Source: Asterias rubens
Lineage: Eukaryota
Direction of reading: 5' to 3'
Assembly: GCF_902459465.1 (NCBI RefSeq)
Contig: NC_047066.1
Location: forward strand, 9,982,001 to 10,046,000
DNA: 64,000 nt
Position 1 is the first letter of the stretch, and every line of letters starts with the position of its first letter. Shown piece after piece: positions 48,132 to 61,097 of the stretch. The notes below the pieces were generated by a model, which worked only from the letters and a program-made list of their open reading frames with translations, was not told where the DNA came from and made no database searches. Position numbers and translations under genes: made by a program.

Positions 48132-50029
48132 ACGTGGCTGAGCCGAGCGGCGTACACTGTGCTGTAACCATAGCAACTTTACCAACAACAGACAACCGAT
48201 GAGTGGATAATGGTCGTAATATGGAAACAACTTCATCTCTCTGGTAACACGTCCCTAAATACCAAGGTTTTTTGTTTGTTCTGGATGACATTAACAATTT
48301 GTCTTAAAATCACTTTTGACTGATTTTTCAGACCAACGCTTGTTTGTGAGAGAGGATACTATCTTTTACTTGATACTAAAACGTATACCACACGTGGCTT
48401 CATATAGATATGGAAACTAAGTGAAATTCCAGTTGATTTGGTCAAAAAGAAATGAGTATAATTATAATACAATGGCGCACATGCAGAGACCTTTTTCGGT
48501 TTCTGCAATGGCAGGAATAAATACCATGAACAAAATCTAGGTACATGTACAAAATGTTTTCAAACATTTTTTGACTTTCATTTTTGTGGGAGCACAATTG
48601 TTTCATTTACAAATTGACTGCCAGACTTATATTTTCAGTTTGTTAATTCTGTACAGAGCGCGTGTTTATTTATTATTTAGAATATTATTTTGTCACATTA
48701 TGCGTCGTATCGCCCTTAACTGATGACCACAAAATTCAGTAATTTGTTTGCATTAAACATGCATTGCTAATGCACTTGCACAATTTGTTTGCCAAAACGG
48801 TAGCGTACAAACTTTGATAGCTCTTTTTAGTCAAGGAATTTATAACTTTCATTTGAGACACTGAATGTTCAAATAATGAGTTTTGTCGGGACCCAACCTT
48901 GTTACCTGCACTGCAGCCATGTACAAACGATTTATTACAAATATTCACGCATTAAGTTGGCATGTATGAAACATTTATACTATTTTGTTGTTTCGAATCA
49001 TCAGTCAAAATTTACCTGGTGAAAAAAGTAAACAAGTTTGAATTTTTCTGGGAAAAATTTGACGATAAAACTTTTAGGGTTCTGGTGCAAGATTTAATTA
49101 TTTAGTGCCTCACTTTTGTATGTCAGGTTCATAACTCTGTGGAAAACAAAACCCTTTTTTTTACAAACAGTTGCCTTGATGTCCATTTTGACACTAGGTT
49201 TATATTTATTCACCAAATAAAACTTATTAAGACAGCGTAATGTTAATGTCTCCTATCTTTATGTGCTAGGATAAAGATGTGCACTGGTCTTACAGATCTA
49301 TTGAACTCGGGGCCCAATTTCATAAAGCCTGTAAGCATAAAAACCTGCTTAGCACAAACAAATCTTGCTTAGCAAAAATTGCTCAGCAAAAACCAGCTAG
49401 ATCACGATACAGTTACCATGTGTGCGACTGGTACCCAAACCCTATTTTTGCTTAGCAAAGCAATTTTTCAGCAGAATTTTCTGCTTAACAGCTATATAGA
49501 ACTTGGCTCTAGTAACTCTGCTGCCATCTAGCATCCACAAACAAGACTCACATTGTAGTTTGGTCTACCTTTTTGCATGTATATATTTTAGGAAAATAAA
49601 TTTGCAGGGCTCGATTAGATGATCAAATTTAATGTGCATATTTAAATTAAAAAAAAGTTAAATTATTATGGTTTATTCTGCTGAACAAGAGTAATTGATT
49701 CAGATTTACATGATCAATGTGGGAGAATTTAACTCGACACATTTGGAGTTTTTGGAGTTTGGGAGGTTTTTTTTAAAGTGATGTTGTAAATTATTTGACT
49801 TGCATTGTAAGTAGGGTGCAGTCGTTTGTGTGTATTAAGTTTGTAAATTATGTTAATCGTACTTGACATCATTCGGTATTGTAAATATAAAAATTGAATG
49901 GAAAGAAATAAAAATATGAAGAAGAAAAAATAACTGGAAAACAATTTTGAGAGATGAGTTATTACTTTTTTGCCTCTCACTTATAATTAAAGAAAATGAA
50001 TTTTTATACCTAGTGTGTATAACTCATTT

Positions 50030-53000
50030 TCAAGTCATCTTTTGGTGAAGCCATGTCACGTACTTGGACATTCTCGTGTAGACACCGGGATACTCTGGCT
50101 CCCCACAGCCCGCGCCGAAGCTAGTTGTTCCCACCAGATACCACTTGACGATACCAAACTCACCCAAAGAACTGCAGACTAGCGGACCACCAGAATCACC
50201 CTGAAGAACCAACACAATATTATTATTTCAACTAATATCCAATTGCCAAAATTTTAGATTGAAATTCATTATAATCGATTTAAACTAGTTGCAGCATGTT
50301 TTTAATCGACTTAAGGCACTGGAGACTATTGATAATTACTCAAAGTAATTGTTATCATAAAAACTGGATTCCAGTGCCTATAAAGGAACATTACAAACTT
50401 GGTTTTGCTAGCAAAAAAAGTTGCTGGCTGTGTAAGCACGTTATGTAATCCACCATATACATAAACTGTGGCAAACCTGTAGAAGTTCGAGATCGATCGG
50501 CCATCTGGGTCACGAGAGAATAGTGAAAAAACGATAACAAATTTTGCATTGCATCGATGCCAAAACAAAAATGAATAAAACGCTCTCTGGGCGATAGACT
50601 CCAAACGCGAAACTAGATTATTTATGTCTCATCAATTATTAAATTTCAGACAGAAATATTTCAAGGGATGTTTTCTACTATCATCATCAATAGACCGTTG
50701 TAAGTTTTATGTAAATCTGTGATCTTCACGATTTTTGTTTCTTACTAATTCTGTGACGTTCCTTTAAACGAAGACTACATATAAATTTGGAAAATAAATC
50801 AATGAATGTTTTACTTTCTGGTTAACACTTACCTGGCATGTATCAACGTGTCCTAGCAGTTGCAATGACTCTGATGCACAGATCATATTATCAGTGTATC
50901 TCTCGTATACCCCATCACACACTGACTGGGGTACAATAACAACTTGGGCAGCTTGTAAGTAGTACGGAAATCTACCACCAGATGCTATATACACAGAAAA
51001 CAAGATGAAAGGCACTGGACACTATTGGTAATTACTCAAAATAATTGTACTCAAAAAAACTTACTTGTATAGTATTTTAAAAAAACATTGTGAGAAACGG
51101 CTCCCTCTGAAGTAACGTATAGTTTTCGAGAAAGAAGCAATTTTCCACTAAAATATTTGAACTTGATTTCGAGACCTCAGAATTAGATTTTGAGGTCCCA
51201 AAATCAAGCATCTGAAAGCACACAACTTCGTGTGACAAGGGTGTTTTGTCTTCCATTATTATCTCGCAACTTCGACGACCAATTGAGTTCAAAACTTCAC
51301 AGGTTGGTTATTTTGTGCATTTTGTTGAGATACACCAAGTGAGAAGACTGGTCTTTAACCAAAGGTGTCCGGTGTCTTCAACTCTATCAAGCTAACCGGT
51401 GATAAAGTAGGTCTTATTCATACTTCAAAATTATAGCTCCACATACCTTGCAGAAAAATGTCATCTTTGTTGTTGAAACGTGCTCACGTGAAAGGCTCTC
51501 ATTGGCTCTTAGAGTTTGCGTGCACTTGTCCATTGATTTGGCGGCCGATGACGCTATGTGCAACATCTATAACACTGTGGAGACAACTTGTTTTCCCTTT
51601 TTTGTTTTATCCTTGGTATCCATAAGGTAACGCAAATGAGCACAAACTCACCTAGTGATCCCCACCCACTGATATAACACTCCGATTGACTGTCAAACTC
51701 CGTCACTTGACCCTCTTCCTCCTCCTCCTGTTGTAAGCACACCGGGTAAACCCATTGGGATAAGGCAACTGGACTCGAGAGAACCATCACAGCGATGTCG
51801 TTGTTGTTCGTCAGTGAGTTGTAATGAGCGTGGACGTAAACCTTCTTGACTGTCCGAACCTGCTTGCCTCCCCTTTCTCGGATTGTACGGCCAAAGTACA
51901 GTCGCCACAAGTGCCTCGATTTGTACACTCTGTATGTTGAAGACGAAACCGTAAAGGCTATGTTACATCTAATTTAACTTCATCTAAAGGCACTGGACAA
52001 TGGACACTATTGGTAGTTTCTCAAAAAAATTGTCAGCACAAAAACTTCTTAACGAGCAATGGAGAGCTGAGAAACGGCTCCTAGTTTTGATACAAAGAAG
52101 TACTATTTCTCACTCTATTTTCTTGCAACTTCGATGACAAATTGAGCCAACATTTTCACAAGTTTCTAATTTTATGCATATTATGTTGGGTTGCCGTCAT
52201 GTTTGGTTGTCAAAGACCAGTATTCTCACTAACCATGACATTTTTATAAATTAATAACAAACCTGTGAAAATTTGGGCTCAATTGGTAACCGAAGTAGTA
52301 AGAAAATAACGAAAGAAAAAACACCCCTGTTAAGGAGTTTTCTCACAATGTTTTGCACTATCATCAGCTCTCTGCTGCCCGTTACCAAGTAAGTTTCGGT
52401 GTAATATAATTTGAGTATCAAACGTAGTGCTAACTGTGACTTTAGTTGATTAATGAGTGGGTGTTGTGGCTGAGCGGTTAAAGACAGTGGACACTATTGG
52501 TAATATTGTCAAAGACGAGTCTTCACAGTTGGTGTATCTCAACATATGCATAAAATAACAAACCTGTGAACATTTGAATTCAAACGGTCGTCGAATTTGC
52601 GAGATAATAATGAAAGAAGAAAAAACCCTTGTGTCATGAAGTTGTGTGCTTTCTGATGCTTGATTTCGAGACCTCAAAACAAAAATTTATTCTAAACTTG
52701 AGGTCTCGAAATCAAATTCGTGGAAAATTACTTCTTTCTCGAAAACTACGTCACTTCAGAGGGAGCTGTTTCTCACAATGTTTTATACCACCAACCTCTC
52801 CCCATTACTCGTAATCAAGTAAGGTTTTATGATGATAATTATTTTGAGTAATTACCAATAGTGTCCACTGCCTTTAAGATCATCAAACTCAAGCTATGGA
52901 GTTTCTGATCAGCAGAGGGATGTTTACATCTATGACAGCGCAAATTTGCACAGAGATTTTGCCAAAAATGTATAACCTTTGCACCATTGTAGATATTTTC

Positions 53001-56000
53001 AAAGATCTTGCAGAAAGAAATGAAGGACTTTTTTCCAAAAGAAATACATAAACGTTATAATATCGATGTCTTATAACGCACGTATCTACCAATAAGGATA
53101 TACTCAAGGCACTTATTTTTACAGAAAGATATAGGTTATTGAAGTTATGAATTCTGAGACTCGATTATAAATGTTTACAAGGTGCTACTGTGCATTCAGG
53201 CCACAGGCAGGAAAACCGGGGCAAACCCCCTTCTCTTTTCGATAAGTGCACTGGGGTGGATTTCACAAAGGTAGTCCCAACTTAGGACTAGTCCTAGGCA
53301 ATGCTAAGAGATAGGACCGGTCCTAAGTTAGGACCAGTAACTCCTATCTCTTAGCATTGCCTAGGACTAGTCGTAAGTTAGGACTACCTTTGTGACATCC
53401 ACCCCAGGGTTCTTTTACGTGCGTTACACACGACACAGGACCAACGGCTTTACGTCCCATCCGAAGGACAAAGTAATAGTTAAGTGTCTTGCTTATTAAT
53501 ACTAGGACACAAGTGTCACGACTGGGATTCGAACCTTCTTCTGATAAAAATGAGAGGGCATTAGCCATTATCTTACACACAGTGGGCTGCGGTGACAACG
53601 TGTTTCGGCGAGACGAGCGTACCTCCGCAGGTAAATTCAAACCAAGCCATTTGCCAGAACCGGTATCTGAGCTGGACCTGCCATGGGTGGTCCTCAATAG
53701 ACGCTATAGCTCCGCCTATGATACGATACATATCTTTTTGGATAATGCCGCAAGTACTGGCGAGATTTGGTACTTCACAAAGGGGGAGGAATAGAAAACA
53801 TGATTGAGAAACAAGTATCTCAAACTTGAAATGCAAGAAATAAAATGTGGCTAGAATGTTATCATTTTGGAATAAAGTATATAGTTCAGATCATAATAAC
53901 TTTGGGCCTTTTCTAAACAAAATTTGAAGGCACTGGACACCTTTGGTTATTGTCAAAGACCAGTATGCTTACTTGGTGTATACCAACTTATGCATAAAAT
54001 AACAAATCTGTGAACATTTTGACTCAATTGGTCATCGAAGTTGCAAGAGAACAATGAAAGAAAAACACCCTTTTTGCACAAAATGTGTGTACTTTCAGAT
54101 GCCTAAATTAATAAATTGTTTCAGGCCTGAAGTCTTCTGCGTGAGAAATTACCTCATTCTCAAAAACTACGTTACTTCAAAGGGAGCCTTTTCTCACAAT
54201 GTTTTATACTATCAACAGCTCTCCATTGCTCGTTACCAACTAAGTTTTGTATGGTAACAGTTATTTTGAGTAATTACCAAACGCGTCCAGTGCCTTTAAC
54301 ATAATTATTAGTTCATTATTATACGTACTTCGACAAACGCTGCCCTTCCACATTGATGTGCATATACATGTACAAGTTTCAGCTTCGAGAGTCCCGCCAT
54401 TGCCACATACTTTGATGCAATCTGTTCAACGAGAATAATTTGAGGTTTTAAACTTGTATTAATTGTATATTTTTTATTGTATTCACTCTATTCCAAATAA
54501 TTATTGGTGCAGTGGCATAACTATATAGGGAGGGTACACTGCAACTTCTGGGGTATTAAAATTTACACCACGGGTGCTGTCACATAGATACCGAAAAGAG
54601 AATCAAAACTAACGTCTTATTGGTTGTTAAAATAACACAAACGTATTAGTGTTGTTTAAACACCATAATGGTGTTAATTTTGATTCTCTTTTCGGTACCT
54701 ATTTATGTGACAACACCCGTGGTGTGTGAATTTAACACCCCAGTTTTTGCAGTGTATATGATGGGGAGCACGTGTTCCCACCACTGATGCCCGTGCCACC
54801 CCTTGCCCCCCCCATTTGAAACCTTGAATTTTGTGTTAATACCTTTTATAAGCTTTAATGTAAATAATAATATCAATGTTTTGTTTCCACTTACCAGAGA
54901 ATGTAATTGTTTTAACTTTGAACATAATGTGGACATGGTACATCAAGAGTGCTGAAAGGGGGATTATATTCATAATAATAATAATTAAGTGAGATATTAA
55001 TTGAGATACAAACGGAAACTGCAGTGTTAATTGGTCAGAATCACCCCCCCCCCCCCCCTCCCCCTTCTAGAAACAAATGGTGCACCCCATGAATTCCATA
55101 ATGCAGGAAGTTTCCACTGGTTACTGGCTGAATTCCAAAAAGGTTTGGTTAACGGGCAGGGCATGGAGGTGTGTTGGGAACCTAAGAACCTATAGCACAG
55201 GCTTGCCAGCAAGACATCTGGAAGAAAGCTATACAAAGAACAGATGACTCCACATTATCAGAGGGTAGTACATGTTTATATGTCCGTACATTATTGTGCA
55301 CGTATGAGTGCAAATCTGTCAGCTCCTTACAAACGCCTCCACGGCCCTGGGGCTTGATCCCCCCCCCCCTCTCAGATATGCGGGATGGTCCAATCTAGGA
55401 TACCAAGGACTTTGACTCCCCCCTGATATCATTTAACTTTGGAGAAAAATGTGGAATACCTTTAGATTACCTTCAGGCTTACCACATGTTTCCTCATCTG
55501 TACCGTCATGACACTCCTTTAGACCGTTACACACTTTCATTTTATTGATGCATCGTCTGCTGCCATCACACGCAAACTGGAAACTCCTGCATTGACGTAC
55601 TATGAAATAACCAGGACATTAACAAAGGATCCAACAGGATTATCATATGGCCTTAATATTTAGGAGAGGAAAATATGCCACAATAAGTGAAGAGGGTCAT
55701 AGTAAATACCCCTAAAATGTATGACCATAAAAAACGTATTTGGTGTAAGGCTAGCGAAGAATCCGACTTCCACGTTGGAACAAATAATAAAAGAGAGGGA
55801 TTTATATTACGTATAGGGCCTAAACGTATCAGTCAATTAAACAAAACAAAACAAAACAAATTCTTGAAGAAGGACGGTCTATAAGACCGAACAGCGACGA
55901 GATTACTTCTCGACGTTTCAAGTAGTGTCTTCAGTTGATATTCAGATATACACAGACAAACAATTTAGTTACCACTGCATGTTGGACCAACCCAGTTCCC

Positions 56001-57118
56001 CCAACAAATGCATTTGCACTGTGCCCTGTCCAGCCGTCCACGAGAACACCGAAGGATACACGCTGCAGAGAAATAAAGACAATTTTAAGTGGAGTTTGAA
56101 GCTTTGCATGGTGTGAACAATATTTTTAAAAAGCTCAGGGCTTCAAACGAGAGGACGGAGCCCGAAGCCGAATCCAAAGCCGAAGCCGTAGATGTGAAAA
56201 AGGCCCTATAGGCAAACATGGATTGAGCTTACCGGCTCTTTGTGGACGTAGACCGAACAAATCCTGAAGACTGATTTGATCAGATGATCCCAGCTCCTAA
56301 AAATAAAACAAAACCCACCTTATTATTCAATACCTTAAAGGCAGTGGACACTATTGGTAATTACTCAAAATAATGATTAGCATAAAACCTTTAATGGTGA
56401 CCAGTAATGGGGAGAGGTTGATGGTATAAAACATTGTGAGAAACGGCTCCCTCTGAAGTGCCATAGTTTTCGAGAAAGAAGTAATTTTCCACGAATTTGA
56501 TTTCGAGACCTCAGATTTAGAACTTGAGGTCTCGAAATCAACCATCTAAACGCACACAACTTCGTGTGACAAGGGTGTTTTTCTTTCATTATTGTCTCGC
56601 AAGTTCGATGATCGATTGAGCTCAAATGTTCACAGGTTTGTTATTTTATACATATGTTGATATACACCAACTGTGAAGGCTAGTCTTTGACAATTACCAA
56701 TAGTGTCCACTGCCTTTAAAATAAAGACCTTCACCACAAAGAAAAACTATCGGCACAAAAAAGGTGGGTTTCTATTCGAACTACCCCCTGAAGGTACTTT
56801 TGGGCGTAGGGCCAAGAAGCGGATGGATTACATCGTATAATTTGCACTACTTATGGGGGATAGGGTGGACCATGGAGGAAGAAAAATGGTGGACAGTGAC
56901 AACAATAATGAGGAAAATGACCCCTCTCCCCTGTAATACGACACCAATTTGCCCCATAAATAGTACGCTGGACTCCCTCCGCTTCGGGAGTCTAGCGTTT
57001 TTATATGGGGCCATAAAAAGACACTGAACAAACTTACCGATTCTTTGGTTAAATCAAGGGTTAAAATACTTCTAACTACAGTCACGCACAACACCAAGAC
57101 GTGCATCGAAATCCTCAT
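50030..57118 (-). CDS. Secreted modular trypsin-like serine protease (signal peptide - EGF-like - LDLa - EGF-like - S1A domain), 9 exons, 413 aa
   Basis: Exons 57118-57038 ([20 protein letters not shown] signal), 56296-56233, 56062-55973 (EGF-like), 55599-55483 (LDLa, ...[10 protein letters not shown]), 54421-54329 (EGF-like), 53772-53577 (R|IIGG, TAAHC), 51929-51652 (NNDIA, GWG), 50984-50833 (DTCQ) and 50200-50030 (GDSGGP, PGVY) total 1242 nt in frame. The catalytic triad is intact and Asp189 implies trypsin specificity. Confidence 0.88.
50315..50763. mobile_element. TTAA-flanked MITE related to family A (different interior)
   Basis: TTAA-GGCACTGGAGAC start and GACGTTCCT-TTAA end; lies in the last intron of the protease. 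Confidence 0.6.
51010..51377. mobile_element. MITE family A variant
   Basis: AGGCACTGGACACTATTGGTAATT start and family A body. A more degenerate copy lies at ~51988-52400 and a partial one at ~22180-22390. Confidence 0.75.
52482..52873. mobile_element. MITE family A, complete, inserted in a SINE head
   Basis: TTAA flanks at 52478-52481 and 52874-52877; TIRs present. Confidence 0.85.
53040..53535 (-). mobile_element. tRNA-derived SINE interrupted by a MITE
   Basis: On the minus strand: B box GGTTCGAATCCC (~53524-53535), core CCTTCGGATGGGACGTAAAGCCGTTGGTCC, and a 3' tail ending in TATTATAA. Confidence 0.75.
53254..53404. mobile_element. Palindromic PIF/Harbinger-like MITE nested in the SINE
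   Basis: GGGTGGATTTCACAAAGGTAGTCC / GGACTACCTTTGTGACATCCACCC TIRs; flanks CTG and CAG. Confidence 0.8.
53928..54295. mobile_element. MITE family A variant (AGGCACTGGACAC ends)
   Basis: Internal sequence aligns with the other family A copies; the right end is followed by TTAA. Confidence 0.8.
54537..54754. mobile_element. CACTG-ended MITE with TA flanks
   Basis: ~70-bp imperfect inverted arms, with TA on both sides. Confidence 0.75.
56339..56715. mobile_element. MITE family A, complete
   Basis: TTAA flanks and perfect terminal inverted repeats. Confidence 0.87.
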
Positions 57119-57825
57119 AACTATATTCTTCGATTCATAGTTTTCGAACAATAAGAACAGTGCCAAATTCACAACGTTATATCCCTCACGCAATGAACTC
57201 AGGCCGCACGTATTTTGCTTTTGCATTAAGCCATCGATTCCACTGAATTAGGGTTATCAGACCCAATCCAGTCGGATTTGTAAAGGTATTTGTGGCCCCA
57301 ACAAATGAAAGAAGACATAACAGTGGTTTTTCAAAATTGTGTTATGCAACGTCGTCGGGGAAATTTAGTTTCCATTGATTCGACTGTGGTATGTTTCGTT
57401 ATGCCCGCCCCGTCATCTGACAGACAAAGGTTCGATTCCTTGCTGGTATGTTTGGCTGATGTTCCTGGCTAAATGTGAGGGTTTACATGTGGGTTTAGGT
57501 CAAAGCATGCTTAAAAGAAAGTCATGCTTTTGACTGGAAGAGAGATGGGGAGGGGCTATAGGCCCTACTCAACTGCCGGTGTGGCAGGAGATTCTGTGGT
57601 GCCCCCCCGGACCCCCCCCCCCATATGGCAAAGTGTAAACTTCTTCTGGAGCGCCCCGTTTCTCGCAGCAGACACATCAGACAGTACTCTCTTACGATCG
57701 CTAAATCGCAACCATTGTAACAAGTGTTCCTCAAGATTAGATTAGTTAATCTGATAATCATAAGAAACGCTGATCCACATTGATCTACAAACATGGTGTT
57801 TGTGTCTAAATCTAGACCATTTTAA

Positions 57826-58204
57826 AGCCAGTGGACACTATTGGTAATTGTCAAAGACTAGTCTTCTCACTTGGTGTATCTCAACATATGCATAAAATAA
57901 CAAACCTGTGAACATTTGAGCGCGATCGGTCGTCGGAGTTGCGAGATAACTATGAAAGGAAAAAACACCCTTGTCACACGAAGTTGTGTGCTTTCAGATG
58001 CTTGATTTCGAGACCTCAAGTTCTAAACTTGAGGTCTCGAAATCAAATTCGTGGAAAATTACTTCTTTCTCCAAAACTACGTCACTTCAGAGGGAGCCGT
58101 TTCTCACAATGTTTTATACCATCAACCTCTCCCCATAACTCGCAATCAAGAAAGGTTTAATGATGATAATTATTTTGAGTAATTACCAATAGTGTCCACT
58201 GCCT
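57826..58204. mobile_element. MITE family A, complete
   Basis: TTAA flanks and TIRs. Confidence 0.85.
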
Positions 58205-58609
58205 TTAAACATTCGAAATTGTCCGGAGATAGGCCGTACTCTTTGTCCCACGATGACATTCAAACAGATGTGAATTAAACTCCGGCTTTACTAAAATACG
58301 AGATTATGCGCTTTCGGTTTATAACGGAATACGTTTTCGTCGCACTCGACGTATTTGTCAGCGAGGAATTGTCAATTTAATTAAATTTAATTGAGTTTTT
58401 GTTTATAGGTGGAAATATATCAACAACAAAAAACTAGCAAAGGCATAAAAACTATACGGCTATGTGCAAACACGAAATGCATATTAAGTAAACCTCGATT
58501 TTCTACACGAAACGAGGGTCTAGCAAATAAAGCTACACGACGAGTCGAGTAATTAATTATAGACATGGCGGACAATATCGAGTGTCGAATGGTAAAATGT
58601 TATAAATTA

Positions 58610-58971
58610 GGCCGTGTCCACATTGGCGATTATACAGCTACTCTTTAAATGCTAAAGAGTGAAATAACACTCTTTGAAGAGCCATATGAGGGACAACTCT
58701 TTTTTGAGTGGTCTTCCACTCTTTCAGATTGAATTGTGCAAGTTTTTGAGTGATTTTTCACTCTGTCCTGGAGTGAAACCCCTCTAAAAGAGTTAAATAA
58801 CCACCACTCTTTTTAAAGAGCCATGTGAAGGACAACTCGAAACGTAAAGAGTGGTGTTTTTACTCTTTAATTTTAGAGAGTATGACTACGGCTAGATTTC
58901 CGCGTCATCATGCATTGAAGTATAGGACGTCATTAGCCGTAGCTAGCTGAAGACGCCAATTCGGATACGGC
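58610..58971. mobile_element. GGCCGTGTCC-ended MITE carrying a nested ACTCTTT-rich MITE (58641-58880)
   Basis: Outer ends GGCCGTGTCCACATTGGCG / CGCCAATTCGGATACGGC. The inner element has TA flanks and CTCT.TAAA..TAAAGAGT inverted ends. Confidence 0.65.
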
Positions 58972-60758
58972 ACAACCCTCTTAAAAGAAGAAGAAAAAAA
59001 AGTCGGCTAGTTACGAGTTCGTTGTATTAGCTCTGATCTATACAAGTGTTTTGTGCCAGTGCAGATATTTAAGTCACGTAAAAAACACCCAGGCAAACCA
59101 TTAAAACCAGGACACTGCGAACAATGTCTCCGAAACTATTTGCATTCAAGTTCACCCACAACCGCAACCGGTAACGACAACAATAGAATGGATCAATTTA
59201 TAATTTCAAAACGCGGGTCTTGACTTAATAACTTTGATGAATCAAACTGTGCTTAAAATTTATGTGAAGGTTGAACTATTTATTATTCTAAACATTGTGC
59301 ACCACAGTATACTGCATGATACTGCAACAGGAAAATCGATATTATTTTACGCATGGCCAAGCAATAATCTGCAAAAAAATATGAATTTTGCATATAGATT
59401 GTTGGTTAATATTAAAACCGAAATATATTTGATCTGAAGCAGGTGTGCTGACTGTGTAATTACACTGCCAAATTCGGACAGTGACGTCACGAGGGGTGAC
59501 TGTGGTGTGTAGCTTTCTAAACTGTTTGTTGGTGTTCAATTGTACAGTTAGGAAGTTAGTAACGTTTTTGATCGTTTCAACATTTCTTGGAGCCTCCAGT
59601 TACGTGTGAGGGAAACACATTCCAGCATGGTTTTAAACTTTTTGTTAAAGATTTTTTTTTCAGGGGAAGATATAGCCTACGTTTTTTATCACTCTGTGAA
59701 TTAATGGCAATACAAACTTTTAGACAGAAGCTTGCACCAGCTTTCGATTGAGAACCGTTTCAATTCGATCGAAGTAACGTAGTTTTGGAAAAAAGACAAA
59801 AGTTGTTATTCGCTCCCAAGAATTGAAAAGCGTTACCTTATTACGCTTCTCGGATTGTGTATTCCCAACGAGGGATTACTCTTCGTGGGACTCAATCACA
59901 CCGGGTTGCAGCGATATCTCTAATACGCTACCACCGTATGAAATGCAATTTTCACATGTTGGTTAATAGTACATCTATATTTTAAAGGGTTGAAACAAAG
60001 ACCAAAGGCCTTTAGTTCCCTTTAAGACGGTGAAACCTTTAAAGCATTAGATCGTTAAGAGATCATATCATTTCATGGGTTGGTCTAGGGCTGTCGTAAA
60101 GGGCGGGCTGAAGCTTTGTTCAACCATTGGAGAAAAGTTGGAGAGGGTCGCTCCAAATAGTAGCTGTTATTTTCAACTTGTGGTAAATATTTTTGCCCAA
60201 ACCTTTTGTTTCCCACATGGTTCATTCTTCCTATTCAGTTAATCCTCCCACTGTATCAGCCACACGCCCCGCCCACATTGCCATCCCCGTCCACACTCGG
60301 TCATTAAATTGATCGTTGCTGCAAACATGCGCATAATGGTCACGTTTTCATTGCAGTTTAATAAAAAGATCTGAACCGAACCGCGGCTGACGGGTAGAAC
60401 ATTTTCTACCCACGTTCGAAATCTTATTATAGGGCAGTGTTTTCCCCTGCCATATGGCGCAGTGAAAATCGACCAAACCAGCCGTGTAGCAGTGGATCAT
60501 TAGTGGTGAGTGGGTACAGCATTAAACTCGACGAGGAAGTCAGGCTTGCGTGGTTCATCATTCAGCATACATCCCGCATGTAATAACAAGAAGACATAAT
60601 ATTTTCATTGTAACATTGTCTGCTGATAGCAATCGCCATCAACTGAGTCGCCTCATCCTCACACAGCACATCACTAAAGCAGCCCCATTAACGGAGCGTG
60701 AGGCACTTCAGTAAGAACCAGTCACTGGTAAGAACATTGTCATTGTCTTAGTAATTAA

Positions 60759-61097
60759 AGACATTGGACATTATTAGTAATTGTCAAAGACCAGTCTTCT
60801 TTGTGTATCTCAACATGTGCATAAAATAACGAACCTGTGTAAATTTGAGCTCAATTGGTCGTCGAAATTGTGAGGTAATAATGAAAGAAAAAACACTGTC
60901 ACACGAAGTTGTGTGCTTTCAGATGCTTGATTTCGAGACCTCAAATTCTAAATCTGAGGTCTCGAAATCAAATTCGTGGAAAATTACTTCTTTCTTGATA
61001 ACTGCCTTCAGAGGGAGCCGTTTCTCGCAATGTTTTATACTGTCAAGGTTTTATGCTAATAATTATTTTGAGTTATTACCAATAGTGTCCACTGCCT
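60759..61097. mobile_element. MITE family A with internal deletions
   Basis: TTAA flanks; AGACATTGGACA/TGTCCACTGCCT ends. Confidence 0.8.

Noticed and set aside
55027-55236. Possible extra protease exon ([10 protein letters not shown]...)
   Set aside because: No credible donor, no domain similarity, and the model is complete and in phase without it.
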